Origin: Chitinimonas sp.
Lineage (GTDB): Bacteria > Pseudomonadota > Gammaproteobacteria > Burkholderiales > Chitinimonadaceae
Direction of reading: 5' to 3'
DNA length: 55,045 nt
Assembly: GCF_041904975.1 (NCBI RefSeq)
Contig: NZ_JAYRLZ010000001.1
Span: 1 to 55,045, forward strand
How positions within the stretch are numbered: position 1 is the stretch's first letter; every line of letters begins with the position of its first letter. Below the pieces are notes generated by a model. It worked only from the letters and a program-made list of their open reading frames with translations, did no database searches and was not told the origin of the DNA. Shown piece by piece: positions 44,867 to 55,045 of the stretch. Position numbers and translations under genes: made by a program.

Positions 44867-45309
44867 TAGCGAAGTGCTTGTTTTGATTGTGCTTGCGGCA
44901 AGGCGGGGTGTTGTGAAAACGGCGCGAGTTGCTTGAATGCATCGCATTGTACGGTTTCCGGCCGCCAAGCACCGGCGAAGGCCAATCGGCCGGCACCAAA
45001 TGTGTTCGATGTCTTTTGGGGTGGCTTCGATTTGCTGAAACCGCCTTTCAGGAAAATCGCTTGACCGCCACCGGACCCGCTTGATTGCTTACCATTGCAG
45101 CCAAAGCGGTGTGCGAGCACGCCGGCATGGTTCGAGCACTGACTTACGTGGATATGCTAAATGCATGAATTAAAGGTGAATTCGCGCTAGAATCGGCGGC
45201 TATGCCTGTGGCATCCGTTGCAGTTTGCGTTCGCTGTAGCGGATGGCCGCAGTGGTAAACCTGGCGATGCAGTGCGTGAGCAATGGCTGCTAGCCGCTGA
45301 TGGAATCGA

Positions 45310-47133
45310 ATGATGAAGCGCTGGTTATTGATGGCTTTCCTGTTGCTTGCAGCCAAGGTGCATGCAGCCAATGTGCTGTATTTGAGCAGTGATGCGGGTG
45401 ACTATATCGGTGGTGGCAAGCAGCTGACGCTTGCCGAGCCGGCTTACACGTTTCAGGCTTTCAGCAATTACCTTTCGGTAAACGGCAGTGATGCGTGGAG
45501 CGTCGCCTTTTCCGGACCTGCTGGAGCGAAACTGAGCAAGGGCAGCTACCCGCTTGCGCGGCGCGCCGCTTTTGCCGGCCCGAAAAATCCCGGGCTCGAC
45601 GTTGCGGGCGCCGGGCGTAGCTGTGTCAACCTGACCGGCTCTTTTGTCGTGCTCGAAGTCGAATACGATTCCAGCGGTGATTTCAGCAAGCTGGCAGCCG
45701 ACTTCATCCAGCATTGCGAAGGTGACAAGGCGGCTCTGCGTGGCGCGATCCGTTTCAACAGCAGTGTCGCTTATGACGCGCCGGTGTTTTACAGCATCGC
45801 GCTGGCGTCGCCGGTCAATGTGATCGAGGGTGGCCAGGTGGCATTGACTGCCGATGAGTCATTCGGCCTTGGCGGGATGCTGTCGGCGGCAAGCTGGAAG
45901 CAGATTTCCGGTACTCCGGTTGTCATGCTCGACAATGGAAGCGGCCAGGCAAGCTTTGTCGCGCCGCCGGTAGGCAAAGGTGGTGAGGACCTGCAATTCA
46001 GCCTTAGCGTGGAATGGTCGGCCGGCACCACATCGATGCAGAACCCTGACCAGACGGTCCGTATTCATGTGGCCAGCAAGGCGGACCCGCAAACCTATGT
46101 CAGCCTGAGCAGTGATGCAGGCGACTTGATCGGGCAAGGCAAAACCCAGACCTTGCTGCCGGAAAATTTTGACTTCAAGGTAAGCAAGAATGTCGGCAAT
46201 GGCGTCAGTCTGACGCTCAATGGCGAGACCAGCTGGGCGCTTGATTTTGTCAATGGCAGCAAAACAGCCCTGACCGTTGGCAACTACACCAATGCAAGCC
46301 GCTATCCCTTCAATGACAACGCCAATGGGCTGGATGTCTCGGGCGATGGCCGCAATTGCAAAACGCTCACGGGTAGTTTCAAGGTGCTGGACATTGCGTA
46401 TAGCGGCGACACGCTGAGCCGCCTGGCGCTGGACTTCGAACAATACTGCGATGGCAATACCAGTGCCGCCCTGCGTGGCAAGGTCCGCATCAACTACGCA
46501 TCCGGCAGTACCATCGTCGCCAATGCCGGCCCGACTCAGACCGTGCAAGCCGGCAAGCCGGTGAAACTGGATGGCCAGGCTTCGCGCAGTGCCAGCGGTG
46601 CGGCATTGGCAGCTTATTTGTGGACGCAACTGTCGGGTACGCCGGTAAACCTGCAAAACCCGGCGGCTGCGATTGCCAGCTTTACCGCACCCAATATTGC
46701 GGTGGCTGAGACGCTGGTGTTCCGGCTAGAGGTGAAGGATCAGGATGGCACGACGGCCAGTGCCAATGTTTCGGTCAATGTCATGCCGGCAGGCCCATTT
46801 TCGGCAATCAGCAGCCGGCAGGGCGACAACCTCACCCTGGCAGCCGTGGTACAGCCACCAGCCAGCCAGGTGGGCAGCAATGGCAATGTCTATGTGGTTG
46901 CTGTGGTCAACGACCAGTGGTGGGGCTATGACGGCAAGGGCTGGGCGCCTTTTGCCGGCACCAATCAGCCGCCAGCATATGCCGGCGTGCTTGGCAGCAG
47001 CGTGCAGGTACCATTGCTGGACAACGCCGATGTACGCGGCCTGAGCGGTGTGCGGGTGATGGTGGGCTATGGCGTTTCGGTCTACGAAATGATGCTGGCC
47101 CAGCGCTTTGCGCAGGTTTACACCATAGACTGA
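45310..47133 (+). CDS. Secreted protein with two copies of an unassigned Cys-pair domain, two PKD-like domains and a distinct C-terminal domain
   Basis: Signal peptide; SSDAGD.IG.GK...GLDV.G.GR.C..LTGSF.VL...DF.Q.C occurs twice; ANAGPTQTV..VKLDG.AS..YLWTQLSG PKD/K319L-type pattern. Confidence 0.78.
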   Translation: MMKRWLLMAFLLLAAKVHAANVLYLSSDAGDYIGGGKQLTLAEPAYTFQAFSNYLSVNGSDAWSVAFSGPAGAKLSKGSYPLARRAAFAGPKNPGLDVAGAGRSCVNLTGSFVVLEVEYDSSGDFSKLAADFIQHCEGDKAALRGAIRFNSSVAYDAPVFYSIALASPVNVIEGGQVALTADESFGLGGMLSAASWKQISGTPVVMLDNGSGQASFVAPPVGKGGEDLQFSLSVEWSAGTTSMQNPDQTVRIHVASKADPQTYVSLSSDAGDLIGQGKTQTLLPENFDFKVSKNVGNGVSLTLNGETSWALDFVNGSKTALTVGNYTNASRYPFNDNANGLDVSGDGRNCKTLTGSFKVLDIAYSGDTLSRLALDFEQYCDGNTSAALRGKVRINYASGSTIVANAGPTQTVQAGKPVKLDGQASRSASGAALAAYLWTQLSGTPVNLQNPAAAIASFTAPNIAVAETLVFRLEVKDQDGTTASANVSVNVMPAGPFSAISSRQGDNLTLAAVVQPPASQVGSNGNVYVVAVVNDQWWGYDGKGWAPFAGTNQPPAYAGVLGSSVQVPLLDNADVRGLSGVRVMVGYGVSVYEMMLAQRFAQVYTID

Positions 47134-47169
47134 GCAAGCCCCCAGCCGTTATAAAGCAACATATTTGGC

Positions 47170-47199
47170 AACAGCCCCGCCATGGCGGGGCTGTTTTCT
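47170..47199 (+). terminator. Rho-independent terminator
   Basis: Perfect palindrome AACAGCCCCGCCATGGCGGGGCTGTT followed by TTCT. Confidence 0.75.
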
Positions 47200-47232
47200 A
47201 TTCACTTGGCCGAGGGTATCTGGGTGGCAAGC

Positions 47233-47697
47233 ATGGAACACATTGCGCAAAGAGACTGGTCTGGCTTGCTTCATGGCAGCATTCCCCTGACTGCGGCAAT
47301 GGGCGTCGGCGCGCAGGTGGAAGGTGATGGCCGGGTGCGTTTGAAAGTACCGCTTCACCTTAACCACAACGACAAAGGCACCGGCTTTGGCGGCAGTGTG
47401 GCGACGCTTGCCACGCTCGCCGGCTGGGTGGAGGTGCGTCGTCAGCTAGATATTGCCGACGTGGGCGAGGCGGTGGAAATTGTGGTGCAGCGCGGTCAGC
47501 TGCATTACTTGCTGCCTATCAATGCGGACTTTTCCGCGCTGGTGGATTTGCCAGATCCTGCTACGCTCGCGCGCTTTGTCCGCTTGTTTGCCCGTGCAGG
47601 TCTTGCCCGCCTGCCTTTGACCGCTGCGGTCTGCTGCCAGGGGGAAGTCTGCGCCCGCTTTGATGGGGAATTTGTCGCACGTCGAACTCAGCTGTGA
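47233..47697 (+). CDS. Hot-dog fold thioesterase (YiiD C-terminal-like)
   Basis: IPLTAAMG, PL..NHNDKGTGFGGS..TLATLAGW and YLLPI motifs. Confidence 0.82.
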   Translation: MEHIAQRDWSGLLHGSIPLTAAMGVGAQVEGDGRVRLKVPLHLNHNDKGTGFGGSVATLATLAGWVEVRRQLDIADVGEAVEIVVQRGQLHYLLPINADFSALVDLPDPATLARFVRLFARAGLARLPLTAAVCCQGEVCARFDGEFVARRTQL

Positions 47698-47858
47698 AGC
47701 ATCGCTGCTCAGGCATTCACAGCTGGCGCGCAGCGGTCGGCCCGCAGCCGGGCATATGGGTGTGTTCTGGCCATCCACCGCGCCTGCCGCCAGCGATCTG
47801 CCGTGTTGAATCAGGGCCCGGTGTGGCCAGTGTGCTTGATCGTCAAAGCTGGCCCGGC

Positions 47859-47872
47859 CTGATCCGTATCAA
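47859..47872 (+). promoter_or_regulatory. FNR-like box upstream of ccoI
   Basis: CTGAT-CCGT-ATCAA matches TTGAT-N4-ATCAA at 9 of 10 positions; TACCCT -10 at 47895-47900. Confidence 0.6.
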
Positions 47873-47907
47873 GCCCGCTGCGCCTCTTTTCGCTTACCCT
47901 TGCAACT

Positions 47908-50355
<2,448 letters not shown>

Positions 50356-50359
50356 CGAG

Positions 50360-50515
50360 ATGGAAAGCCTTTATTTATTGATTCCGCTCTCGGTGTTGAT
50401 CGCCTTTGCCGGCGGCGCCTTGTTCTGGTGGTCGACTCGCTCTGGTCAGTTCGATGATCTGGAAGGGCCGGCGCACCGGATCTTGCAGGATGACGACTCG
50501 GTGGCTGGTGAGTAA
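50360..50515 (+). CDS. ccoS: cbb3-type cytochrome oxidase maturation protein
   Basis: MESLYLLIPLS...W...SGQFDDLEGPAHRILQDDD. Confidence 0.92.
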   Translation: MESLYLLIPLSVLIAFAGGALFWWSTRSGQFDDLEGPAHRILQDDDSVAGE

Positions 50516-50517
50516 GA

Positions 50518-50544
50518 CCGCCATCGGCCGGTTGGCGATGGCGG
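50518..50544. terminator. Hairpin between convergent ccoS and RDD genes
   Basis: CCGCCATCG-N9-CGATGGCGG. Confidence 0.5.
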
Positions 50545-50577
50545 CTACAGCCAGCTGGGGCCGGGGCTGGAACGAGC

Positions 50578-51075
50578 TTAACAGTCCACTACCTTGGTGC
50601 CGGCAATATGGTCATGCCCGCAGCGGGCTTCCTTGCCGAAAATAAACAGGATGTTCACCAGATTGATCAGCGGGCCGATCAGGGGAATCTGGCCAGGCAG
50701 CATAAACGCAGCATAGCGTTTGATCAGGTGCTGCTGGAACGTCACTGGCTCGCCATTGATGCCGACAATCTTGATTCCCAGTACTTTTTTGCCGACGGTC
50801 TGGCCGTTTTTGACCAGAAAGTTGTAATTGATGGCAAAGAACACGATCAGGCCAAGCAGTGCCAGGGCTAACGACGTGAGCAGGCCGGGCTGTTGGCCGG
50901 TAGTGATGCCGTTGAACGCGCCAATGAAAAAGCCAACCGGTACGGTAATCACCGCAATGGTGATGGTGTCGATCAAGGACGCCCACAGCCGCTTCCAGCG
51001 TGAGGCTGTGTTGCTGCTGCCGGCTTCGTTGACGAGCTTTGCTTCGGGTGCCGCATAGATGTTGTTGTCACTCAT
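50578..51075 (-). CDS. RDD-family membrane protein
   Basis: NIYAAPEA leader, RLWASLID, GQTVGKKVLGIKIV and RCGHDHIAGTKVV. Confidence 0.88.
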   Translation of the reverse strand: MSDNNIYAAPEAKLVNEAGSSNTASRWKRLWASLIDTITIAVITVPVGFFIGAFNGITTGQQPGLLTSLALALLGLIVFFAINYNFLVKNGQTVGKKVLGIKIVGINGEPVTFQQHLIKRYAAFMLPGQIPLIGPLINLVNILFIFGKEARCGHDHIAGTKVVDC

Positions 51076-51222
51076 GGTGTTCTCCCTGGAACTGCAGTTG
51101 AATGAATCAGCATGGCTTGCGGCCGGCAGATCGGCCAGCCAGAACCGGCGGGGATAGTAGCGCCTGCATCATGGCTTACCCAATGTACTTTTGCCATTGT
51201 CATAGCCGCAAGCCCTTGTGCA

Positions 51223-52335
51223 TCAGCCTGCTTGATGAATCGCGCCCAGCACCCGCTTGCCGCGCGCGCCGGTCACTTCCGGCAGGTTGCCCGGTTCGCC
51301 CAGCAGGCATTGCCGCGCCAGCCAGGCGAAGGCAACGGCTTCTACCCAGTCCGGGTGCAGGCCGAGCACCTCGGTGCTCAGTACCGGGCGCGGCGCCAGC
51401 GCCAGCGCCAGTTGCCGCATCAGGCTGCCGTTGCGGGCACCGCCGCCGCAGATATAGATTTCGCTGGCCTCGGTTTCGTGGCGCACTTCGCTGACGATGC
51501 TGTGCACGGTAAACGCCAGCAGGGTGGCTTGCACATCGGCTGGAGGCAGGGTAGGCCACTTGTGCAGGATGCGGTCCAGCCAGGCCATATCGAATAGATC
51601 GCGACCGGTGCTCTTGGGCGGGGCAAGGTTGAAATAGGGCTCTTCGAGCAGGGCCGCCAGCAAGTCGGCATTGACCTGGCCGCTGGCGGCCCAAGCACCG
51701 TCGAAGTCGTAGCGCTCGCCGCGGCAGCGCTTGATCCAGCCATCCATCAGCACATTGCCCGGCCCGGTATCCCAGCCACGCACCGGGCCATGCGGCGGCA
51801 GATCGGTGAGATTGGCAATACCGCCGATATTGACGATGGCGCGGTGAGTAGCGCCGCCAAATACACCTTGATGAAACGCCGGCACCAAGGGCGCACCCTG
51901 GCCTCCGGCCGCCACATCGCGCGAGCGAAAATCGCTGACCACGCTAATGCCGGTCAGCTCGGCCAATAGCGCGGCATTGCCGATCTGCAGGGTGTAGCCC
52001 AGCTCGGGCCGGTGGCGCACGGTCTGGCCATGCATGCCGATTGCCGCGATCTGCGAAGGCGCGAGGCCTGCCAGCTGCAATACCGCCGCTACCGCCTGCG
52101 CGTAATGCTGCGCCAGCTGATTGCCGGCCAGCGCGGCAGTAGCCAACTCGTCGCTGCCTGACGATTGCAGGGCGAGCAAGCGGCTGAGCAGTTCGTCGGA
52201 AAATGGCAGCAGGGCAGTGGCGAGCAGCTTTGGCTTGGCGCCGCTGAAGTCCAGCAGTGCTGCATCGATGCCGTCGAGGCTGGTGCCGGACATCAGGCCG
52301 ATATAGTAGGGGGAGTGCGAGGCAGAAGGGAGCAT
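51223..52335 (-). CDS. anmK: Anhydro-N-acetylmuramic acid kinase
   Basis: [43 protein letters not shown] and PKSTGRDLF. Confidence 0.95.
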   Translation of the reverse strand: MLPSASHSPYYIGLMSGTSLDGIDAALLDFSGAKPKLLATALLPFSDELLSRLLALQSSGSDELATAALAGNQLAQHYAQAVAAVLQLAGLAPSQIAAIGMHGQTVRHRPELGYTLQIGNAALLAELTGISVVSDFRSRDVAAGGQGAPLVPAFHQGVFGGATHRAIVNIGGIANLTDLPPHGPVRGWDTGPGNVLMDGWIKRCRGERYDFDGAWAASGQVNADLLAALLEEPYFNLAPPKSTGRDLFDMAWLDRILHKWPTLPPADVQATLLAFTVHSIVSEVRHETEASEIYICGGGARNGSLMRQLALALAPRPVLSTEVLGLHPDWVEAVAFAWLARQCLLGEPGNLPEVTGARGKRVLGAIHQAG

Positions 52336-52561
52336 GGGCGCATGCCTGGATACAATGGCAGCAAGCCTAGTGCCTGGGCAGGATCGCTGCAAGTCATGCA
52401 CTGGCCGATTGCCGGTCGGGTTTTGTGAATGCCATGCCGGCGAGCGCGGCAAAACCTCAACACAGGCTGCGGGGCTGGCAACGATTTACGCTAAAATCGC
52501 CAGCTTTGACGGCCGGCATGCCTTAGCTGCTGCCGGCTCAACCTTGTTGCCAGGAACTTCC

Positions 52562-53839
52562 ATGTACCAGTCGCCCCTACTCCAAGACCTGCACGCCCGT
52601 GGCTTGATCGCACAAGTGACCGATGCTGCCGCGCTCGATACATTGCTGAGCCAGGAGTCGGTGACCCTGTATTGCGGTTTCGATCCGACCGCCGACAGCC
52701 TGCATATCGGCTCGTTGGTGCCCTTGCTCACGCTCAAGCGTTTCCAGAATGCCGGCCACAAGCCGATTGCCCTGGTGGGCGGCGCCACCGGCATGATCGG
52801 TGACCCGAGCTTCAAGGCAGCCGAGCGCAAGCTCAATACCGTGGATGTGATCGAAGGCTGGGTGGCAAAGATCCGCACCCAGGTGGAGCCTTACCTCAGC
52901 TTTGACGGCGCCAGCGCCGCGATCATGGCCAATAACCATGACTGGTTCGGCGGCATGGGTGCACTGGAATTCTTGCGCGATATCGGCAAGCACTTTTCGG
53001 TGAACGCCATGATCAAGAAAGAAGCGGTGCAGCAGCGTATTGCCCGCGAGGACCAGGGCATTTCCTATACCGAGTTTTCTTACGCGCTACTGCAGGGCTA
53101 TGACTTCACCGAACTGAACCGCCGCCATGCTTGCCGCCTGCAGATCGGTGGCTCCGACCAGTGGGGCAATATCACCGCCGGGACTGACCTGACCCGTCGC
53201 CTGAACCAGCAACAGGTTTTCGGCCTCACCCTGCCGCTGGTCACCAAGGCCGATGGCAGCAAATTCGGCAAGACCGAAACCGGCACCATCTGGCTCGATG
53301 CGAAAAAAACCTCGCCCTACGCCTTCTACCAGTTCTGGCTGAATACGGCCGATGCCGATGTCTACAAATTCCTCAACTACTTCAGCTTCTTGAGCCCGGC
53401 CGACATCGCCGCCATCGAAGCGAGCGACAAGGAAAGCGGCAAAAAGCCCGAAGCGCAGCGCATCCTGGCTGAGCAGGTGACGGCCATCGTGCATGGCGCC
53501 GGGGCAGTGGAGGCGGCGCAACGTATTTCACACAGCCTGTTCAGCGACAGCATCGACAGCCTGACCGAATCGGACTTCGAGCAACTGGCGCAAGATGGCA
53601 TGCCCGGCGTGGTGCTCGATGTGGCGGCAAGCAGCCTGATTGATGCGCTGGTGGCGGCCAATCTGGCTAAATCCAAGTCCGAGGCGCGCACCTTTATCCA
53701 GAGCGGCGCGGTCAGCATCAATGGCGTCAAGGTCGAATCCATCGAACACCAGTTCGATGAGTCCGAACGCCGCTTTGGCCGCTTTACCCTGCTCAAGCGC
53801 GGCAAGAAAAACTATGGCCTGATCAGCTGGCAGGCCTAG
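52562..53839 (+). CDS. tyrS: Tyrosine--tRNA ligase
   Basis: [30 protein letters not shown] and a C-terminal S4 domain; AGGA RBS before ATG 52562. Confidence 0.96.
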   Translation: MYQSPLLQDLHARGLIAQVTDAAALDTLLSQESVTLYCGFDPTADSLHIGSLVPLLTLKRFQNAGHKPIALVGGATGMIGDPSFKAAERKLNTVDVIEGWVAKIRTQVEPYLSFDGASAAIMANNHDWFGGMGALEFLRDIGKHFSVNAMIKKEAVQQRIAREDQGISYTEFSYALLQGYDFTELNRRHACRLQIGGSDQWGNITAGTDLTRRLNQQQVFGLTLPLVTKADGSKFGKTETGTIWLDAKKTSPYAFYQFWLNTADADVYKFLNYFSFLSPADIAAIEASDKESGKKPEAQRILAEQVTAIVHGAGAVEAAQRISHSLFSDSIDSLTESDFEQLAQDGMPGVVLDVAASSLIDALVAANLAKSKSEARTFIQSGAVSINGVKVESIEHQFDESERRFGRFTLLKRGKKNYGLISWQA

Positions 53840-53888
53840 GCTTTGATCGGCTCGCGCTTGAAAAGCTATTCAACATCAAGTCTGTAGA

Positions 53889-53924
53889 CGCAGAGATCAC
53901 CGAGCGCACTGAGACCACAGAGAA
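53889..53924. repeat. 9-bp tandem repeat CACnGAGnn x4
   Basis: CGCAGAGAT CACCGAGCG CACTGAGAC CACAGAGAA. Confidence 0.6.
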
Positions 53925-54021
53925 AGACTGTGTCGGTGCGCAACTTCACGCATTTGGATTTGCGCCTGCCTGGCAAAACCGGCGGTATTTCATTGTTTTG
54001 CATTTCTCACAAGGACTCAGC

Positions 54022-55045
54022 ATGACTCGCTCTCCCATTGCGCTCGCCCTGGGTATCACCCTGCTGGCGCACGGCGCCGTCGCAGCCAGCCTGCCGGCCA
54101 CCCCGGTCAAGCCGGTGACCGAAACCCTGTTCGGCACCCAGATCGTTGACCCGTATCGCTGGCTGGAAGATATGCAGAGCAGCGAGTTCAAAACCTGGCT
54201 GAAGGCTCAGGCCGATTTCGCAGGTGAAACCCTGGCCTCCATTCCGGGCCGTGCCGCTCTGGCTGCGCGTCTTACCGAGCTTAGCAATGCCAGCACTTCG
54301 GTGGCCGGCATGAGCATGGCGGGGCAGCGCGCCTTTTATCTGAAGACCGAACCGGGCCGCAATGGCCGTCGTCTGTATGTGCGTGAGGCCGATGGTAGCG
54401 AGCAGCTGCTGCTGGACCCCGATACCCTGGCCAGCACTGGCGCCCACTATGCCATCGACTGGTATGCGCCAGCGCCGAATGGCCAGCTGATTGCGGTAGG
54501 GGTGTCGCAAGGCGGCTCGGAAGACAGCGAATTGCGCATTTATGACCTGAAGGCGCGCAAGTGGCTGAGCGAGCGCATTGATCGCACCGGTCTGAACGAG
54601 CGCGGTATCGGCTGGCAGGCCGATGGCAAGCGTTTCTTCTACAACCGCCTGCCGGCGCCCGATGCCAAGGGCCAGCGCGAGCGTTACAACAAGAGCGCGG
54701 TGTGGATGCATACGGTAGGCGAGCCGGCAGACAAGGATCAGCCGCTGTTCGGCTATGGTCTGGACCCGGCCCGGCCGTTTGCCGACCCGGATATTCCATC
54801 GGTGCAGCTGTCGGCGCGCTCCCACTATGTGCTGGCCACCGTCGAGCATGGCGATGCCAAGGAGCATTCTTTCTACATTGCGCCGCTGGCCAAGTTGAAT
54901 GGCGTTGCCACGCCGTGGCAGCAGGTGGTGACACCGGCCGATGGTGTGCACCACGCCTGGATGCATGGCGACACGCTCTATCTGTTGTCGTTCAAGGATG
55001 CACCGCGCGGCAAGTTGCTGGCGCTGGACTTGCACAAGCCGGATA
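54022..55045 (+). CDS. Prolyl oligopeptidase (S9A) N-terminal region with signal peptide; 3' end outside the window
   Basis: Not in the ORF track because it is truncated. ATG 54022 reads MTRSPIALAL...VTETLFGTQIVDPYRWLED, later LLLDP and SQGGSED; AAGGA RBS. Confidence 0.88.
   Translation, partial: MTRSPIALALGITLLAHGAVAASLPATPVKPVTETLFGTQIVDPYRWLEDMQSSEFKTWLKAQADFAGETLASIPGRAALAARLTELSNASTSVAGMSMAGQRAFYLKTEPGRNGRRLYVREADGSEQLLLDPDTLASTGAHYAIDWYAPAPNGQLIAVGVSQGGSEDSELRIYDLKARKWLSERIDRTGLNERGIGWQADGKRFFYNRLPAPDAKGQRERYNKSAVWMHTVGEPADKDQPLFGYGLDPARPFADPDIPSVQLSARSHYVLATVEHGDAKEHSFYIAPLAKLNGVATPWQQVVTPADGVHHAWMHGDTLYLLSFKDAPRGKLLALDLHKPD

Noticed and set aside
45250-45300. GGTAAACC segment suggestive of a c-di-GMP-I riboswitch
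   Set aside because: The GNRA P2 loop and the GCAAAG/CTAA P3 elements are absent.

Overview
GC-rich chromosomal window, probably from a betaproteobacterium (inferred from gene content; no taxon marker is present). It holds about 44 CDS. No rRNA, tRNA, CRISPR array, transposase or prophage was seen. From left to right: an L-Ara4N lipid A modification cluster (arnT-arnB-arnC-split arnA, truncated at the left edge), a WbuC-like cupin, a secreted PepF, folE-BLUF-GGDEF, and a PhaC-like DUF3141 hydrolase. Next is the best candidate for an unusual system, a tight three-gene operon encoding a secreted BNR beta-propeller protein, a FecR-TPR-beta-barrel outer-membrane protein and a CHASE2 adenylate cyclase. 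It is followed by an orphan amino-acid binding protein, a TPR-glycosyltransferase, queF, rarD, a 55-aa DUF3149-like protein missing from the ORF track, an RDD protein, and a membrane AraC with two secreted hydrolases. The rest comprises a glycerolipid-type AraC/FAD oxidase/GlpD/FGGY cluster, DeoR/NudK, an orphan ParA, bcp-PIN/PhoH, a secreted tandem-domain PKD protein, ccoI-ccoS, anmK, tyrS and a truncated prolyl oligopeptidase. Intergenic regions contain degenerate REP doublets, FNR-like, Pho-like and PhaR-like boxes, and several operator-like repeats. All family calls come from motif recognition by eye, not from database searches.
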